Assembly (NCBI GenBank): GCA_020722505.1
Contig: DYKR01000001.1
Span: 40,407-104,406 of the forward strand
From: Caldisericum exile
GTDB lineage: Bacteria; Caldisericota; Caldisericia; Caldisericales; Caldisericaceae
Direction of reading: 5' to 3'
DNA: 64,000 nucleotides
Shown: piece by piece, positions 8,717-18,468 of the stretch
Position numbering within the stretch: the stretch's first letter is position 1
Layout: every line of letters starts with the position of its first letter
Made by a program: the position numbers and the translations under genes
The notes under the pieces: model-generated
The model's database searches: none
Seen by the model: only the letters and a program-made list of their open reading frames with translations
Told to the model about the DNA's origin: nothing

Positions 8717-9894
8717 GTATCGGGATCTTTAAAAAAGAAACCCAAAATAGATATAATAACCATTGGTATAATCCCAAACACAACAAGAGAAGATGTAAAT
8801 GTCTTCGTTAATACACCCAACAGAGGGAAAATACCCCCACCCAAATTTGCAAAGATAAGGATAATGCCACTTCCAACGCCAGCATATTTCACACCAAGAT
8901 TACGGAACGCACTTGGAAGATGAAGCCCTAATGGATAAATTGGAAATAGGGCAATTCCTAATATTAGAGAAACGAAAAGTAAATACCCTAAACTATTCAG
9001 GTAAAGACTCAAGAGAAGCGAAACAACAACAACTAATGGAAGAATAATGAAAAAAATGCTTACTTTCTTCAATTTGTGGCTTAAGCTTGGTATAGTCATA
9101 GCACCAATTAAACAACCAATCAGAATAAAAGCATTAATAAAGCCAGCTTTTGAAGGTTCGAGGCCTTTAAAGATAACGTTAAGTTTTGGATACCAACCTG
9201 CAAGATACTTAAATACCCCTATATCAAAGAAAGAAATTAGAGAAAGAATTATCAGTGATTTGTTTGAAAAAACTAACCTAAAACCTTCTATAATGGGAAG
9301 TTTCTTATTGACTTCTACATTAAGAATTGTATCATCCCAGTTTAGGACAGAAACAATGTAAATTAATGAAAACACAACCGAAACAATACCGCATAAAATA
9401 AGATATAACTTTAGCCCAAGCCCCTTTGCTAATGGATAAGATATAAAAAAGGCTAAAATTTGACCTAAAACAAGAAAGGCCGTAAAATATGCAGTGACCT
9501 TTGAAGCTTTATCTTGTGAAAATAGCCTGTAAGAAAGTGGTGACCACGAAGCAAAAGCAAAAGTTGCGCTTAAAGCAAAAAGAAAATGAAACAAAAACAT
9601 TAATAATACACTACTTGCAAATACACCTCTTAAAAAAACAAACACGCCCAATAAAATGGAAGCAGTTATGGTCGATTTTTTGGGGCTAACATCTGCAAAA
9701 CTTCCTGTAAAGTATGAAAACAAAACCAATAAAAGTGGAACAGAAGTTATCAAAAATTCTGCTATTACTGGTTTAACGCCCATGCCTTCCTCAACAAATT
9801 CCTTAAGAATGGGACCCCACATAAACCAATTAAAACCAATAAGAAGTGTAATAATACCAAACAAAACAAATATCAATACGTTCTTTTTGCCCAT
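8710..9894 (-). CDS. MFS transporter
   Basis: 394 aa, about 12 hydrophobic segments, 'GSFADVSPKK' loop resembling MFS motif A; SD AAGGAGG. Confidence 0.8.
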   Translation of the reverse strand: MGKKNVLIFVLFGIITLLIGFNWFMWGPILKEFVEEGMGVKPVIAEFLITSVPLLLVLFSYFTGSFADVSPKKSTITASILLGVFVFLRGVFASSVLLMFLFHFLFALSATFAFASWSPLSYRLFSQDKASKVTAYFTAFLVLGQILAFFISYPLAKGLGLKLYLILCGIVSVVFSLIYIVSVLNWDDTILNVEVNKKLPIIEGFRLVFSNKSLIILSLISFFDIGVFKYLAGWYPKLNVIFKGLEPSKAGFINAFILIGCLIGAMTIPSLSHKLKKVSIFFIILPLVVVVSLLLSLYLNSLGYLLFVSLILGIALFPIYPLGLHLPSAFRNLGVKYAGVGSGIILIFANLGGGIFPLLGVLTKTFTSSLVVFGIIPMVIISILGFFFKDPDTY

Positions 9895-9938
9895 TTCATA
9901 CCTCCTTATTAAATTTTCTTAATATTTCACTTGCACTA

Positions 9939-9967
9939 TTGACAAACTAAAACTTTTTTGTTATACT
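9939..9967 (+). promoter_or_regulatory. Consensus sigma70 promoter with no downstream sense ORF
   Basis: TTGACA 9939-9944, 17 bp, TG-n-TATACT 9962-9967. Confidence 0.7.
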
Positions 9968-9973
9968 TATGTT

Positions 9974-10068
9974 TAAGTAAGTACAGATATTCGCCACCGA
10001 ATAACTGATACCTACCTCCTTTCTTATTCATGCCAGGGAAGGCACACCCCAAAGCCTTCCCATTTTTT
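9974..10068 (+). ncRNA. Candidate small RNA (~95 nt) carrying an anti-Shine-Dalgarno tract
   Basis: Bounded by the promoter above and a terminator; 5' hairpin TATTCG-CCAC-CGAATA; ACCTCCTTTCTT at 10014-10025; ends are estimates. Confidence 0.55.
10036..10068 (+). terminator. Rho-independent terminator
   Basis: GGGAAGGC (10036-43) pairs with GCCTTCCC (10054-61), followed by A-T6; U-tract only on the + strand. Confidence 0.8.
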
Positions 10069-11785
10069 ATCTGTATTGAGACTTATAAAACTCATAGTAA
10101 AGACCTTTTTTCTCCATTAATTCTTCGTGATTACCAAACTCCACTACACGTCCTTTATTTATAACGTAAATTTTGTCAACATTTCTAATAGTTGAGAGCC
10201 TATGGGCAATAACTATAGAAGTTCTATCTTCGATGAGAATTTTTGTGCCCTTTTCCAAAAGTTCCTCGGTACGCGTATCAACGCTTGAAGTTGCCTCATC
10301 AAGGATAAGGATCCTTGGATTATGAATTAAAGCCCTAGCAAATGAAATTAGTTGCCTTTCTCCCATTGAAATATTTTTACCTTCTGTGGAAAGCTCATAA
10401 TAAAAACCAGAAGGCAGCTTTTTTATGTAATCATAAATACCGAGTACCTTACAAACTCTCTCAACTTCCTCTATTGAATAATCATCACCCAGTGTGATGT
10501 TTTCAAGCACATTTCCTTTAAAAATGAATACGTTCTGTAGAACCATACCCAAGTATTTTCTATAATGAGTTTTGCAAACATTTTTAAGACTTATACCATC
10601 GACTTCAATTTCACCTCTTGTTGGCTCATAAAAATTAAAAATCAAGTTTGCAATAGTTGTTTTACCTGCACCAGTAAAACCAACAAGTGCAATCTTTTCT
10701 CCTTGTTTAACCGATATGTTTATTCCTTTTAATACTTCATTTCCTTCCTCATATGAGAAATAAACATCTTCTAATGCAACACTACCCTTAACATCGAATT
10801 TTACTCCTTCATCATAAAAATCTCCTTCGGGATTTTCGTTAAGAAAACTATCTATCTTTACCATAGAAGCAATTGCATTCTGCAAAATAGAAAATTTATC
10901 CGAAAGATCACCCAAAGGTCCGTATAAATAAGACAAATAAGTTGAAAATGCAATTATAGTTCCAATAGTTGATGTTCCGTCTATTGTAAATTTCCCCCCA
11001 ATAAAAATTAGAAGGAATGTAGAGATATAAGAGGATATATTAATAACCTGACGTAATGTAACATTTATAACCTGCGATTTATAAAAATTATTTCTGAAGT
11101 CTTTTGAGAATACCTTGAACTTGTCAATCATCAATTGTTCTAAATTAAACAGTTGGACCACATTTAAACCAGTGAGAATCTCCTGCATATGTATATTCAT
11201 TTTAGTTACAGAATCACGGACTCTTTCGTATATTTTTTCGATAATATTACCCAAGTATAAAGACAAAAATAAGGCAATCGGCAAAGGAGAAAGAATAATT
11301 AAAGCAAGTTTAAAGTTAATATAAAAAATAAAAACAATAGCAAGCAACACAAAAAGTAAATCTGCAAGTAATGAAATAATACCTGCATTTAATAACTCGT
11401 TCATATTCTCAATATCGTTGGTAATTCTTGTGATGATTTTTCCTGTGGGTTCTTTTGTAAATGATTGTAGGCGAAACCTCGAAACTCTACCAAACATATC
11501 AAGCCGTATATCCCTCATGATTCTTTGACCTGTGAGATTACCCACATAAACTTGAAGGAGTTTAAAAACGATATTTGCAAAAACTAAACTAACAAAAATT
11601 ATAAAAGACAACTTTATGTGGCTAAAATCTTTTTTAGATATGAGTGTGTCAATAAGTGATTTCAAAAGAAAGGGAATAATAGCAGAAGTAATCGAAGCAA
11701 TAATCGTAGAAACAAATGTAATTACAAGCATTATTTTATATTTTAAAAAGTACGGGACAAACCTTCTATAAGCAGTGTTTATCAT
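10067..11785 (-). CDS. ABC exporter, fused permease/ATPase (MdlB-like half)
   Basis: N-terminal TM domain; Walker A GFTGAGKT, 'ISMGERQL', 'ILDEATS', 'IAHRL'. Confidence 0.93.
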   Translation of the reverse strand: MINTAYRRFVPYFLKYKIMLVITFVSTIIASITSAIIPFLLKSLIDTLISKKDFSHIKLSFIIFVSLVFANIVFKLLQVYVGNLTGQRIMRDIRLDMFGRVSRFRLQSFTKEPTGKIITRITNDIENMNELLNAGIISLLADLLFVLLAIVFIFYINFKLALIILSPLPIALFLSLYLGNIIEKIYERVRDSVTKMNIHMQEILTGLNVVQLFNLEQLMIDKFKVFSKDFRNNFYKSQVINVTLRQVINISSYISTFLLIFIGGKFTIDGTSTIGTIIAFSTYLSYLYGPLGDLSDKFSILQNAIASMVKIDSFLNENPEGDFYDEGVKFDVKGSVALEDVYFSYEEGNEVLKGINISVKQGEKIALVGFTGAGKTTIANLIFNFYEPTRGEIEVDGISLKNVCKTHYRKYLGMVLQNVFIFKGNVLENITLGDDYSIEEVERVCKVLGIYDYIKKLPSGFYYELSTEGKNISMGERQLISFARALIHNPRILILDEATSSVDTRTEELLEKGTKILIEDRTSIVIAHRLSTIRNVDKIYVINKGRVVEFGNHEELMEKKGLYYEFYKSQYR

Positions 11786-13491
11786 ACGGTTTCCTCTAAA
11801 AGCTGTCTTTGATAGATATGGTAAAGGTAGCCTTGTTTGTCTAAAAGCTCTTTAAATGTTCCTTCTTCTATAACTTCTCCATCAAAAATAACAAAAATCT
11901 TTTTCGATATCATTAATGCACTTAATCTTGAAGAAACAAGAATCACAGTCAAACCATACTTCTTTGCGTATTCATCTAAATTTTTTATAATGTTGAACTC
12001 TGTTGTAAAATCAACACTTGAGAAGGCATCATCAAGTATGAGAAAGGGCTTTTTAGAAAGTATGGCTCTTGCAATAGCAACCCTCTCTTTTTCACCACCA
12101 GATAGTGTTATACCTTGCTCTCCTACGACGGTTTTAAAATTATCCTTAAAAGACATAATACTATCGTAAAGGGAAGCAGTTTTTGCTGCTTCAACTACTT
12201 CGTCAAATGTCGCATCAGGTTTGCCTACTCTTATGTTATTTTCTATTGTATCAGAAAATAGGAATATTTCCTGTGGCACGTAAGCAAATAAATTCTTAAT
12301 GGTTTTAAAGGAAATCACATTGATATCCGTGTTATCAAAAAATATTGTGTTAGATGGAACATCTATTATCTTAAGTAAAGCCTGAAGAAGTGTTGATTTT
12401 CCCGAACCAGGATTACCAATTATTCCATATATGTAATTTTTTTCAAACTCGATATTTATATTCTTAAGAACTAAAACATTTCCATCATAAGAATAATTTA
12501 AATTGGATACCTTTATTCGATTGATATCGTTTTTTTCTAATCCAGAGAATTCGTTTTTTATACTTAGGACTTCTTCAATTCTTGAAAGAGACGCAGTTGC
12601 CCTTCTAAAAAGTGCGATAGAAAAACCAACAGCCATCATTGGCCAACTGAGAGTTTCAATATATTGAAAAAATGCTGCAATTGTGCCAATATCAACTCTA
12701 TTCTGAATGTAGAGAGAACCCCCGTAAAAAATTAAGATTACAATTGAAAAATTAATAAGAAAATTAACCAAGGGGTCAAAAAAACCATCAATTTTAACAA
12801 GTCGTATGTTTTCTTTAATGTATTCTTCGTTAACATTGGCAAATAAGCTTTTAAAATAATTCTCTTTAACAAAGGCTTTAATTACCCTAATGCCCTCGAC
12901 CAGCTCCCTCACCCTAACACTCATATCGGCAAAGATTGTATTTATTTTTCTGTAGATGTTGTGTATCTTTGAACCAAGATTAAGAGCGATAGGAAAAAGT
13001 AAAAGTAGTGGGAGTGCAACGGCAACAGTGAGTTTTAGGTTCATCCTTGCCATAAATATAAAAGTGGTAACGCCCAAAATAAAGATATCAACAATTGCAA
13101 GGAACCCCATTATCAAAAACATTCTTAAAGCTGTGGTATCGTTTGTCACTCTTGACATAAGGTCGCCAATCTCAAATCTTTCCAAATCTTTTTTTGAAAA
13201 AAACACGTAATTCTCAAAAATTCGGTTTTTAAGTTGATTGTCAAATCTCAAAACAGCGTATCTAAGGAGTGCTTGGTATAAAAATCTTAAGAAAACTATT
13301 CCAAAAGCAATAATGATAATGTAAATAGAATATTTAGTTAAGCTGGAAATATTTTTTTGAGAAATGCTGTCGATTGCTAAACGTGTATATCTAGGAATAT
13401 ACACCTGTCCAAAATCAACTGCAATAAGCAAAAAGGTAATAACAATATACCTAAAAAATTCTTTTCTAAAATATTCCTTAAGGATTTTCAT
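11782..13491 (-). CDS. ABC exporter, fused permease/ATPase (MdlA-like half with degenerate site)
   Basis: GNPGSGKS, LSGGEKER, 'ILDDAFS' (E to D), 'VSSRL' (H lost): usual heterodimer partner. Confidence 0.93.
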   Translation of the reverse strand: MKILKEYFRKEFFRYIVITFLLIAVDFGQVYIPRYTRLAIDSISQKNISSLTKYSIYIIIIAFGIVFLRFLYQALLRYAVLRFDNQLKNRIFENYVFFSKKDLERFEIGDLMSRVTNDTTALRMFLIMGFLAIVDIFILGVTTFIFMARMNLKLTVAVALPLLLLFPIALNLGSKIHNIYRKINTIFADMSVRVRELVEGIRVIKAFVKENYFKSLFANVNEEYIKENIRLVKIDGFFDPLVNFLINFSIVILIFYGGSLYIQNRVDIGTIAAFFQYIETLSWPMMAVGFSIALFRRATASLSRIEEVLSIKNEFSGLEKNDINRIKVSNLNYSYDGNVLVLKNINIEFEKNYIYGIIGNPGSGKSTLLQALLKIIDVPSNTIFFDNTDINVISFKTIKNLFAYVPQEIFLFSDTIENNIRVGKPDATFDEVVEAAKTASLYDSIMSFKDNFKTVVGEQGITLSGGEKERVAIARAILSKKPFLILDDAFSSVDFTTEFNIIKNLDEYAKKYGLTVILVSSRLSALMISKKIFVIFDGEVIEEGTFKELLDKQGYLYHIYQRQLLEETV

Positions 13492-14023
13492 TTTTTAATT
13501 CATTTTCCGCTGGAACTTTTCCATGTTCTAGTAATCTTATTGTACCATAAACTAAGAAAGAAAAGAAAAAGTTATAAATAATTTGATTACGTAAAAATGG
13601 AAGCCCAGCTAAAAGACAGGTAAGATAACCTGAAAAACTTTTCGGATAAAAATCAAACATAAAAAATACAAGGGAATTCGAAACTAAGAAAAATGCCAAA
13701 GTTCCTAATAATTCCATTGAAATTACATTCAAAATTTTTTTACCCGAAACTATGTATTGAACGAGAATAACAACAAACCAAGATATAAAAACAATTACTT
13801 CCCATTTGAACATAAAAGGAACCTTAAAAGAAAGTAAAACATCTGAAAAAATAACTACAAGAGGAATAGCATAGAGAAATTTCTTTTTATCATGCAAGAG
13901 GGTGGTAAAGGCTATCAAACTCGAGAAAAATTCAACATTTGGTAATTTTAAAGGTAAAAATCTTGAAAAAATTGCAATTAACAAGAAAAATACAAAAAAC
14001 ACATTTTCAGATTTATTCTTCAT
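13478..14023 (-). CDS. DUF6580-like integral membrane protein (putative transporter component)
   Basis: 'SRFLP..PN.EF', 'FFLVSN', 'YPKSFSGYLTCLLAGLPFLRN'. Confidence 0.65.
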   Translation of the reverse strand: MKNKSENVFFVFFLLIAIFSRFLPLKLPNVEFFSSLIAFTTLLHDKKKFLYAIPLVVIFSDVLLSFKVPFMFKWEVIVFISWFVVILVQYIVSGKKILNVISMELLGTLAFFLVSNSLVFFMFDFYPKSFSGYLTCLLAGLPFLRNQIIYNFFFSFLVYGTIRLLEHGKVPAENELKNENP

Positions 14024-14031
14024 ATCTTACC

Positions 14032-15150
14032 TCACATAAATTTTAAAATTTTTAATATTGCATATATAAGTTTTATCTCTAACCTTTTGGACTTTTCAAA
14101 TCTTTTAAACACTTCTTTATATGACAAATAGCCAATATCCTCCTGGGTTCGAATTATAAATTCAAGAATACGTTTGTTAAGAATTACCCTCTTTATAATC
14201 GGCAAAAAGGGATAAAAGGCATTGGATAAAGCACTACCATATCGGAATTCTTCAAAGATTGTTGATTCAAGCAAATTTAAATATTGGCTAAAATCTTTAC
14301 TCCTCTTTTTTAGGTTATCTAATATAACCTCCGAAAGAAGTTTAGAAGAAAGAATAGAATGGTAAATACCAGCAGCGTTAAACGGGTCTACAATTGAAGC
14401 TGCTTCACCTACAAGAGCAACCCTTCCTTTTGCTATATTATAATCCCCATCCCAAAGGGAAATCGGATAAATCTTAATATCTGCATAAGTTGGATCTATT
14501 AAGTTCGACACACCTTTTTTATAAAACTTTTTCATAGCACCAGCACCAACCGAAATAAAATCTTTTTTAGTAAACTTCCATCCGTATCCAAGAAAATTAT
14601 ACCCAAGATAGACGTTGAGAGCATCATCAGAGTTATTTTCTTTCCTTAACTCTTTTTCTTCTGCTATAATTATTTTTGTTTTCTTATTTAAATTAGCTAA
14701 TAGTGCAACCTTACTTCCAATACCATCTGCACCAACAAGGAAGGCTCCAGAATAAACATTTTTATTAGTTTTTACTATAACTTCATTAGCATGTTCTTCA
14801 AAAGATACAAATTCTTCTCCATATCTTACATCAAGGTTGTTACGTAGATGCTCATCAAAGTTCTTCCTCATTACACCGAAAGCAAAAGGTCTATCAAATG
14901 TTACACTTTCCTCAACTATACCCTTATGCAAGACTCTAAAAGTTCTATAGGGAACATACTCAAAATCTCTACTTACACTCTGAGGCAAAATGTCAAAAAT
15001 GCCCAGCGGTAAGCCACCTGCACAAACTTTTTCTCTAAAGTGGTCGCCTTTTTCAATAACAACAGAATCGATACCCATATCTTTCAAAAAATGTGAAAGA
15101 GTTGCACCACTTGGGCCACCACCAATTATTATTACATCATGTTTTTCCAT
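14032..15150 (-). CDS. Geranylgeranyl reductase family flavoprotein
   Basis: 'DVIIIGGGPSG', 'REKVCAGG', 'VGADG', 'GYGW.F', 'LVGEAA..VDPF.AAGI'; start ATG 15150 because the longer ORF call runs into the tRNA. Confidence 0.85.
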   Translation of the reverse strand: MEKHDVIIIGGGPSGATLSHFLKDMGIDSVVIEKGDHFREKVCAGGLPLGIFDILPQSVSRDFEYVPYRTFRVLHKGIVEESVTFDRPFAFGVMRKNFDEHLRNNLDVRYGEEFVSFEEHANEVIVKTNKNVYSGAFLVGADGIGSKVALLANLNKKTKIIIAEEKELRKENNSDDALNVYLGYNFLGYGWKFTKKDFISVGAGAMKKFYKKGVSNLIDPTYADIKIYPISLWDGDYNIAKGRVALVGEAASIVDPFNAAGIYHSILSSKLLSEVILDNLKKRSKDFSQYLNLLESTIFEEFRYGSALSNAFYPFLPIIKRVILNKRILEFIIRTQEDIGYLSYKEVFKRFEKSKRLEIKLIYAILKILKFM

Positions 15151-15158
15151 AGGCTTTC

Positions 15159-15248
15159 TGGCGGAGAGGGTGGGATTTGAACCCACGAGAAGGGTTACCT
15201 TCTACCTGATTTCGAGTCAGGCGCTTTCAACCGCTCAGCCACCTCTCC
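15159..15248 (-). tRNA. tRNA-Ser(CGA)
   Basis: Acceptor GGAGAGG/CCTCTCC, anticodon arm CCTGA-CTCGAAA-TCAGG, long variable arm AGAAGG/CCTTCT, T arm GTGGG-TTCAAAT-CCCAC, discriminator G, encoded CCA. Confidence 0.98.
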
Positions 15249-15255
15249 AGAAGTT

Positions 15256-15283
15256 ATTATATAAAATTATCTATTTATGCCAA
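15256..15283 (-). promoter_or_regulatory. Promoter of the tRNA-Ser-led transcript
   Basis: TTGGCA (15283-15278), 16 bp, TATAAT (15261-15256), 7 nt before the tRNA 5' end. Confidence 0.7.
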
Positions 15284-15305
15284 ACTTTTGGCATAATAGT
15301 GGAAA

Positions 15306-15578
15306 ATGATTTACGATATACCTAAAGATGATGTTAAATTTGAAAGAACACTCTTTTACGAAAATGCTAAATTTAAAATAGAGAAAATTGTTTCAAATAG
15401 TTTAGTGAAAACAAACTTTCCTAAAAATGATATAAACTATGCGTATCTATATCTTCCAAAATCCAAGATTATAGACAAACCTGTTGTATTGCTTCATGGA
15501 ATGGGAAAAAGAAACTTATTTTTAAAAAAAGCTTATAATTTATTTGTAGGTAGATATGAAAATATTGGGGCTAATTGA
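15306..15578 (+). pseudogene. Truncated alpha/beta-hydrolase-like N-terminal fragment
   Basis: 'YLYLPK...PVVLLHGMG' then ends at 90 aa with no nucleophile motif. Confidence 0.5.
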
Positions 15579-15984
15579 AGTAAACAAAGTAAGTATTTCA
15601 GAAAAGGAAGACATAAATTTTGAGAATATTCTCATACTGGCATACAAACTATCTGAATTAGGTGCAGAGAGTATTGTGTTATTAAACGAAAAGAAAGAAA
15701 ATTGCATTAAAATAAAAGAACGTCTTAAAGAGAAACTTGACATACCCGTTTTTTCAGTTGAAGAGTTAAAAGGTCATGTAGTTTCTGTTGAAGAATATCT
15801 TAGAGGCATAAAGAGTGAAACGCTTATTATAGAGGAAGGAAAAATTCTTTCAATTTTTGATGAAAAAAGAGAGAATTTGCCACAACTCATTAGTTTAATT
15901 TGTTATAAAGCAAAAAAAGATGGTTTTAAGGCAGTTGCAACAACTGATATTGAAAGTGCTTTATTAGCGGTTAGGATTACTTAA
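15556..15984 (+). CDS. Degenerate, shortened dihydropteroate-synthase-like protein
   Basis: 'KILGLIEVNKVSIS' ~ IMGILNVTPDSFS; 'ELGAESI' ~ EGADII; 'LDIPVFSVE' ~ DVPISID; 'GFKAVATTDI' ~ GA.IVRVHDV; only 142 aa. Confidence 0.45.
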   Translation: MKILGLIEVNKVSISEKEDINFENILILAYKLSELGAESIVLLNEKKENCIKIKERLKEKLDIPVFSVEELKGHVVSVEEYLRGIKSETLIIEEGKILSIFDEKRENLPQLISLICYKAKKDGFKAVATTDIESALLAVRIT

Positions 15985-17010
15985 AAGTTTACGTAAATTC
16001 TTTTTAAATGGTGGATAAACAACTCCTAAATCAGTTATAATTGCAGTAATTAGCTCATGAGGTGTTATATCAAAAGAGAAATTATAAACTTCAGTATCGT
16101 ATGGGGCAATCCTTTTTCCACCACAATGCGTCACTTCGTCTAGGCTTCTCTCCTCAATAGGAATTTTCTTGCCAGTCTCAATTGAGAAATCAATAGTTGA
16201 AATTGGAGCTGCTACATAGAACGGTATCTTATGGTAATAAGCAAGCACTGCAAGCATATATGTTCCAACTTTATTTGCAGTATCTCCGTTTAATGCTATT
16301 CTATCGGCTCCTGTAACAATCCCGCTAACAAGGCCTTTTTGCATAACAAAAGCACTCATATTATCAGTTATAAGTTTAAAAGGGATACCCGCTTCCTTTA
16401 ATTCAAAGGCAGTCAATCTTGCCCCCTGTAAGTATGGTCGAGTTTCTAAAGCAATTACATTAATACCAGTATACTTTTCATAGGATCTTTTTATTACAGA
16501 AAATGCCGTGCCGTATTTTACAGTTGCAAGTGCACCAGTATTACATATAGTCATAATGGTATCGTTATCTGAAAACAATTCAGAGCCGTATTCACCTATT
16601 TTATAGTTTCTTTCGGCATCTTCCTCTTCTATTTTCTTTGCTTCATCCAAAACAAGCTTTTTAAGTAAAAAAACATCGTTATTTTTATTTTCAAGTATTT
16701 TATCGAGTATTCTCTTTGTTGCCCAGGCAAGATTAACCGCCGTAGGTCTTGCGCTATCAAGGTAAGATTTAAGCTCTTTTGCCTTTTCTACAAAATCATT
16801 AGAATCTCCATCAAAATCTCTTAATCCAAGATACATACCGTATGCAGCAGCAACCCCTATTGCTGGTGCACCACGAATTTTCATTTCCCTTATTGCATCA
16901 AAAATATCTTTCTCGTTATTACAGACACAATAAGTAATATCAAAAGGAAGATACCTTTGATCTAAAATATGAACTACATCTCCATCAAAATAAATGGACC
17001 TGTATTCCAT
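15964..17010 (-). CDS. mtnA: Methylthioribose-1-phosphate isomerase
   Basis: 'LDQR.LP', 'IRGAPAIG', 'RPTAVNL', 'CNTGALAT', 'ETRPYLQGARLTAFEL', 'GADRI..NGDTANKVGT'. Confidence 0.96.
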   Translation of the reverse strand: MEYRSIYFDGDVVHILDQRYLPFDITYCVCNNEKDIFDAIREMKIRGAPAIGVAAAYGMYLGLRDFDGDSNDFVEKAKELKSYLDSARPTAVNLAWATKRILDKILENKNNDVFLLKKLVLDEAKKIEEEDAERNYKIGEYGSELFSDNDTIMTICNTGALATVKYGTAFSVIKRSYEKYTGINVIALETRPYLQGARLTAFELKEAGIPFKLITDNMSAFVMQKGLVSGIVTGADRIALNGDTANKVGTYMLAVLAYYHKIPFYVAAPISTIDFSIETGKKIPIEERSLDEVTHCGGKRIAPYDTEVYNFSFDITPHELITAIITDLGVVYPPFKKNLRKLLSNPNR

Positions 17011-17012
17011 AA

Positions 17013-17192
17013 CTATACTTTGTATTTATTAAGGCAATCAGTGCAAACTCTCATAACCTTAATTTTTCCATCAATCATAACTTTTGTTTTATGTAAATTT
17101 GGAAGGAATCTCCTGTTTGTTTTTCTATGAGAATGGCTTACTGTATGTCCAGTTATAGGACTTTTTCCACATATCTCACATTTTTTACTCAT
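17013..17192 (-). CDS. rpmB: 50S ribosomal protein L28 (zinc-binding CxxC form)
   Basis: '[10 protein letters not shown]...[19 protein letters not shown]...VCTDCL'; ATG 17192 after GGAGG. Confidence 0.97.
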   Translation of the reverse strand: MSKKCEICGKSPITGHTVSHSHRKTNRRFLPNLHKTKVMIDGKIKVMRVCTDCLNKYKV

Positions 17193-17300
17193 ATCAACCT
17201 CCAATTTTCTATAAAATTAACACTCTACATTTTATAGATTTTAAAAATTATTGCAAGTAGTTTTATAAATGTCTTGCACAAAAGCATATTTTTAGTGTTT

Positions 17301-17930
17301 TTAAACTCTTCGACTTGCTATTTCAACCCTATTTATCCACTCCATAGAAAGCCATGTGAATATTAACACCCAGAGTATCCCAATCACCCAGGCGAATTTG
17401 GTTGGGTTCTCAAAAAATAAATTACGTATAATAAAATCTATGACTTTACTATTCTTGTAAGATTGATAGAGAATTCCTGTAATTCTCGTTATCATGAAAA
17501 TTGCCCCGATAGAAGCAATACTACCTGCTACAAGTTTACCTGGTAAAAGGGGTGATACGAACACCGCAAGGCTAACAAACATAAGTGTCCTTAATAAGGC
17601 GTTTAGGCCTACTTCTGCAAATCCTATAAGCACTTCTGTTATTTTCATATTTTGTATTACTGTTGTATCTATACCGTTTAGTCCAAAATGCATAGTTATT
17701 ATACCTGCACCTAATGATATAGAGAAAATCGCAATAAGCAGTTGAAGAAAGATAAACATATAAAAGCTTATAGATTTTTTGAGCATCCAAACTCTTCTAC
17801 TTTGCCCACATGTAAGATGTGTTAAGAATGTGCCCTGAACATACTCAACATTGAATAAAAGGTCAGAAAAGAGAATGAAAATAATTGGAATAGCATCCTC
17901 TTTAGTGCTAGTGATAAAATGCAAACCCAC
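17301..17930 (-). pseudogene. ABC-2-type permease, 5'-truncated or frameshifted
   Basis: 'EY..GT...LT...SR..W..KK' permease motif; no SD; a protein-like upstream frame (..KELLSFIENKEPIGGLVSG) continues out of frame. Confidence 0.55.
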
Positions 17931-18020
17931 TTACTAATCCACCTATTGGCTCTTTATTTTCAATAAAAGATAATAATTCTTTAATTATTTTTTATTTGCT
18001 CATTATCTTTTCTCTTTATT

Positions 18021-18446
18021 TCAAATCCAAAACTGCATTTTTGCAAATCCTGGATTTAGTTTTCTTAAATTGTTGAGGAGTTTGTTCAAAAAAGGAGATT
18101 TAGAAAATTTTATCTTTTTAACTTTCGTTGGAAATTTTTCTTCGTAGAGAGTGTTTGCATAGTAAATAATATAAAGTAGCAACACAACGAAAGAAAATAG
18201 CAAGAAGACGTCAAGAACTTTTGCACAATAATCTGAATGAGTCAACAATAGCAAGAAAAAGTTGGACAATTAAAACTGAGCATAAAATTTTTGAACTTTT
18301 TTATGTGCTTTCTTCGAAATTTCTAGGTCTGAAAGCGTTGCTGGGATCCTAATCCCAAAAATTGGGTTCCTCTCACTCGCTAACAAGATAAGGCACAATA
18401 CTAAAATAACCCCGTCAATCCAGATAGAAAATAAGTATAAGTTCAT
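18021..18446 (-). pseudogene. SdpI/YhfL-family membrane protein interrupted by an in-frame TAA
   Basis: ATG 18446 after GAGG: MNLYLFSIW...ERNPIFGIRIPATLSDLEISKKAHKK..; TAA at 18272-18270; same frame resumes with hydrophobic ORF 18269-18021. Confidence 0.65.
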
Positions 18447-18468
18447 TTCACATTTACCTCTTTTTTAA

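Noticed and set aside
9981-10016. Resemblance to a fluoride riboswitch (TTCGCC...CTGATACCTAC)
   Set aside because: Lacks the GGNGAUG 5' element and has no downstream sense gene
9936-10031. 31-aa minus-strand ORF (MNKKGGRYQL...) as a type I toxin opposite the sRNA
   Set aside because: No SD before its ATG and no hydrophobic helix
15151-15186. N-terminal extension of the reductase ORF (MGSNPTLSARKP)
   Set aside because: It is the translated T arm and acceptor stem of tRNA-Ser; the Rossmann motif fits a start at 15150
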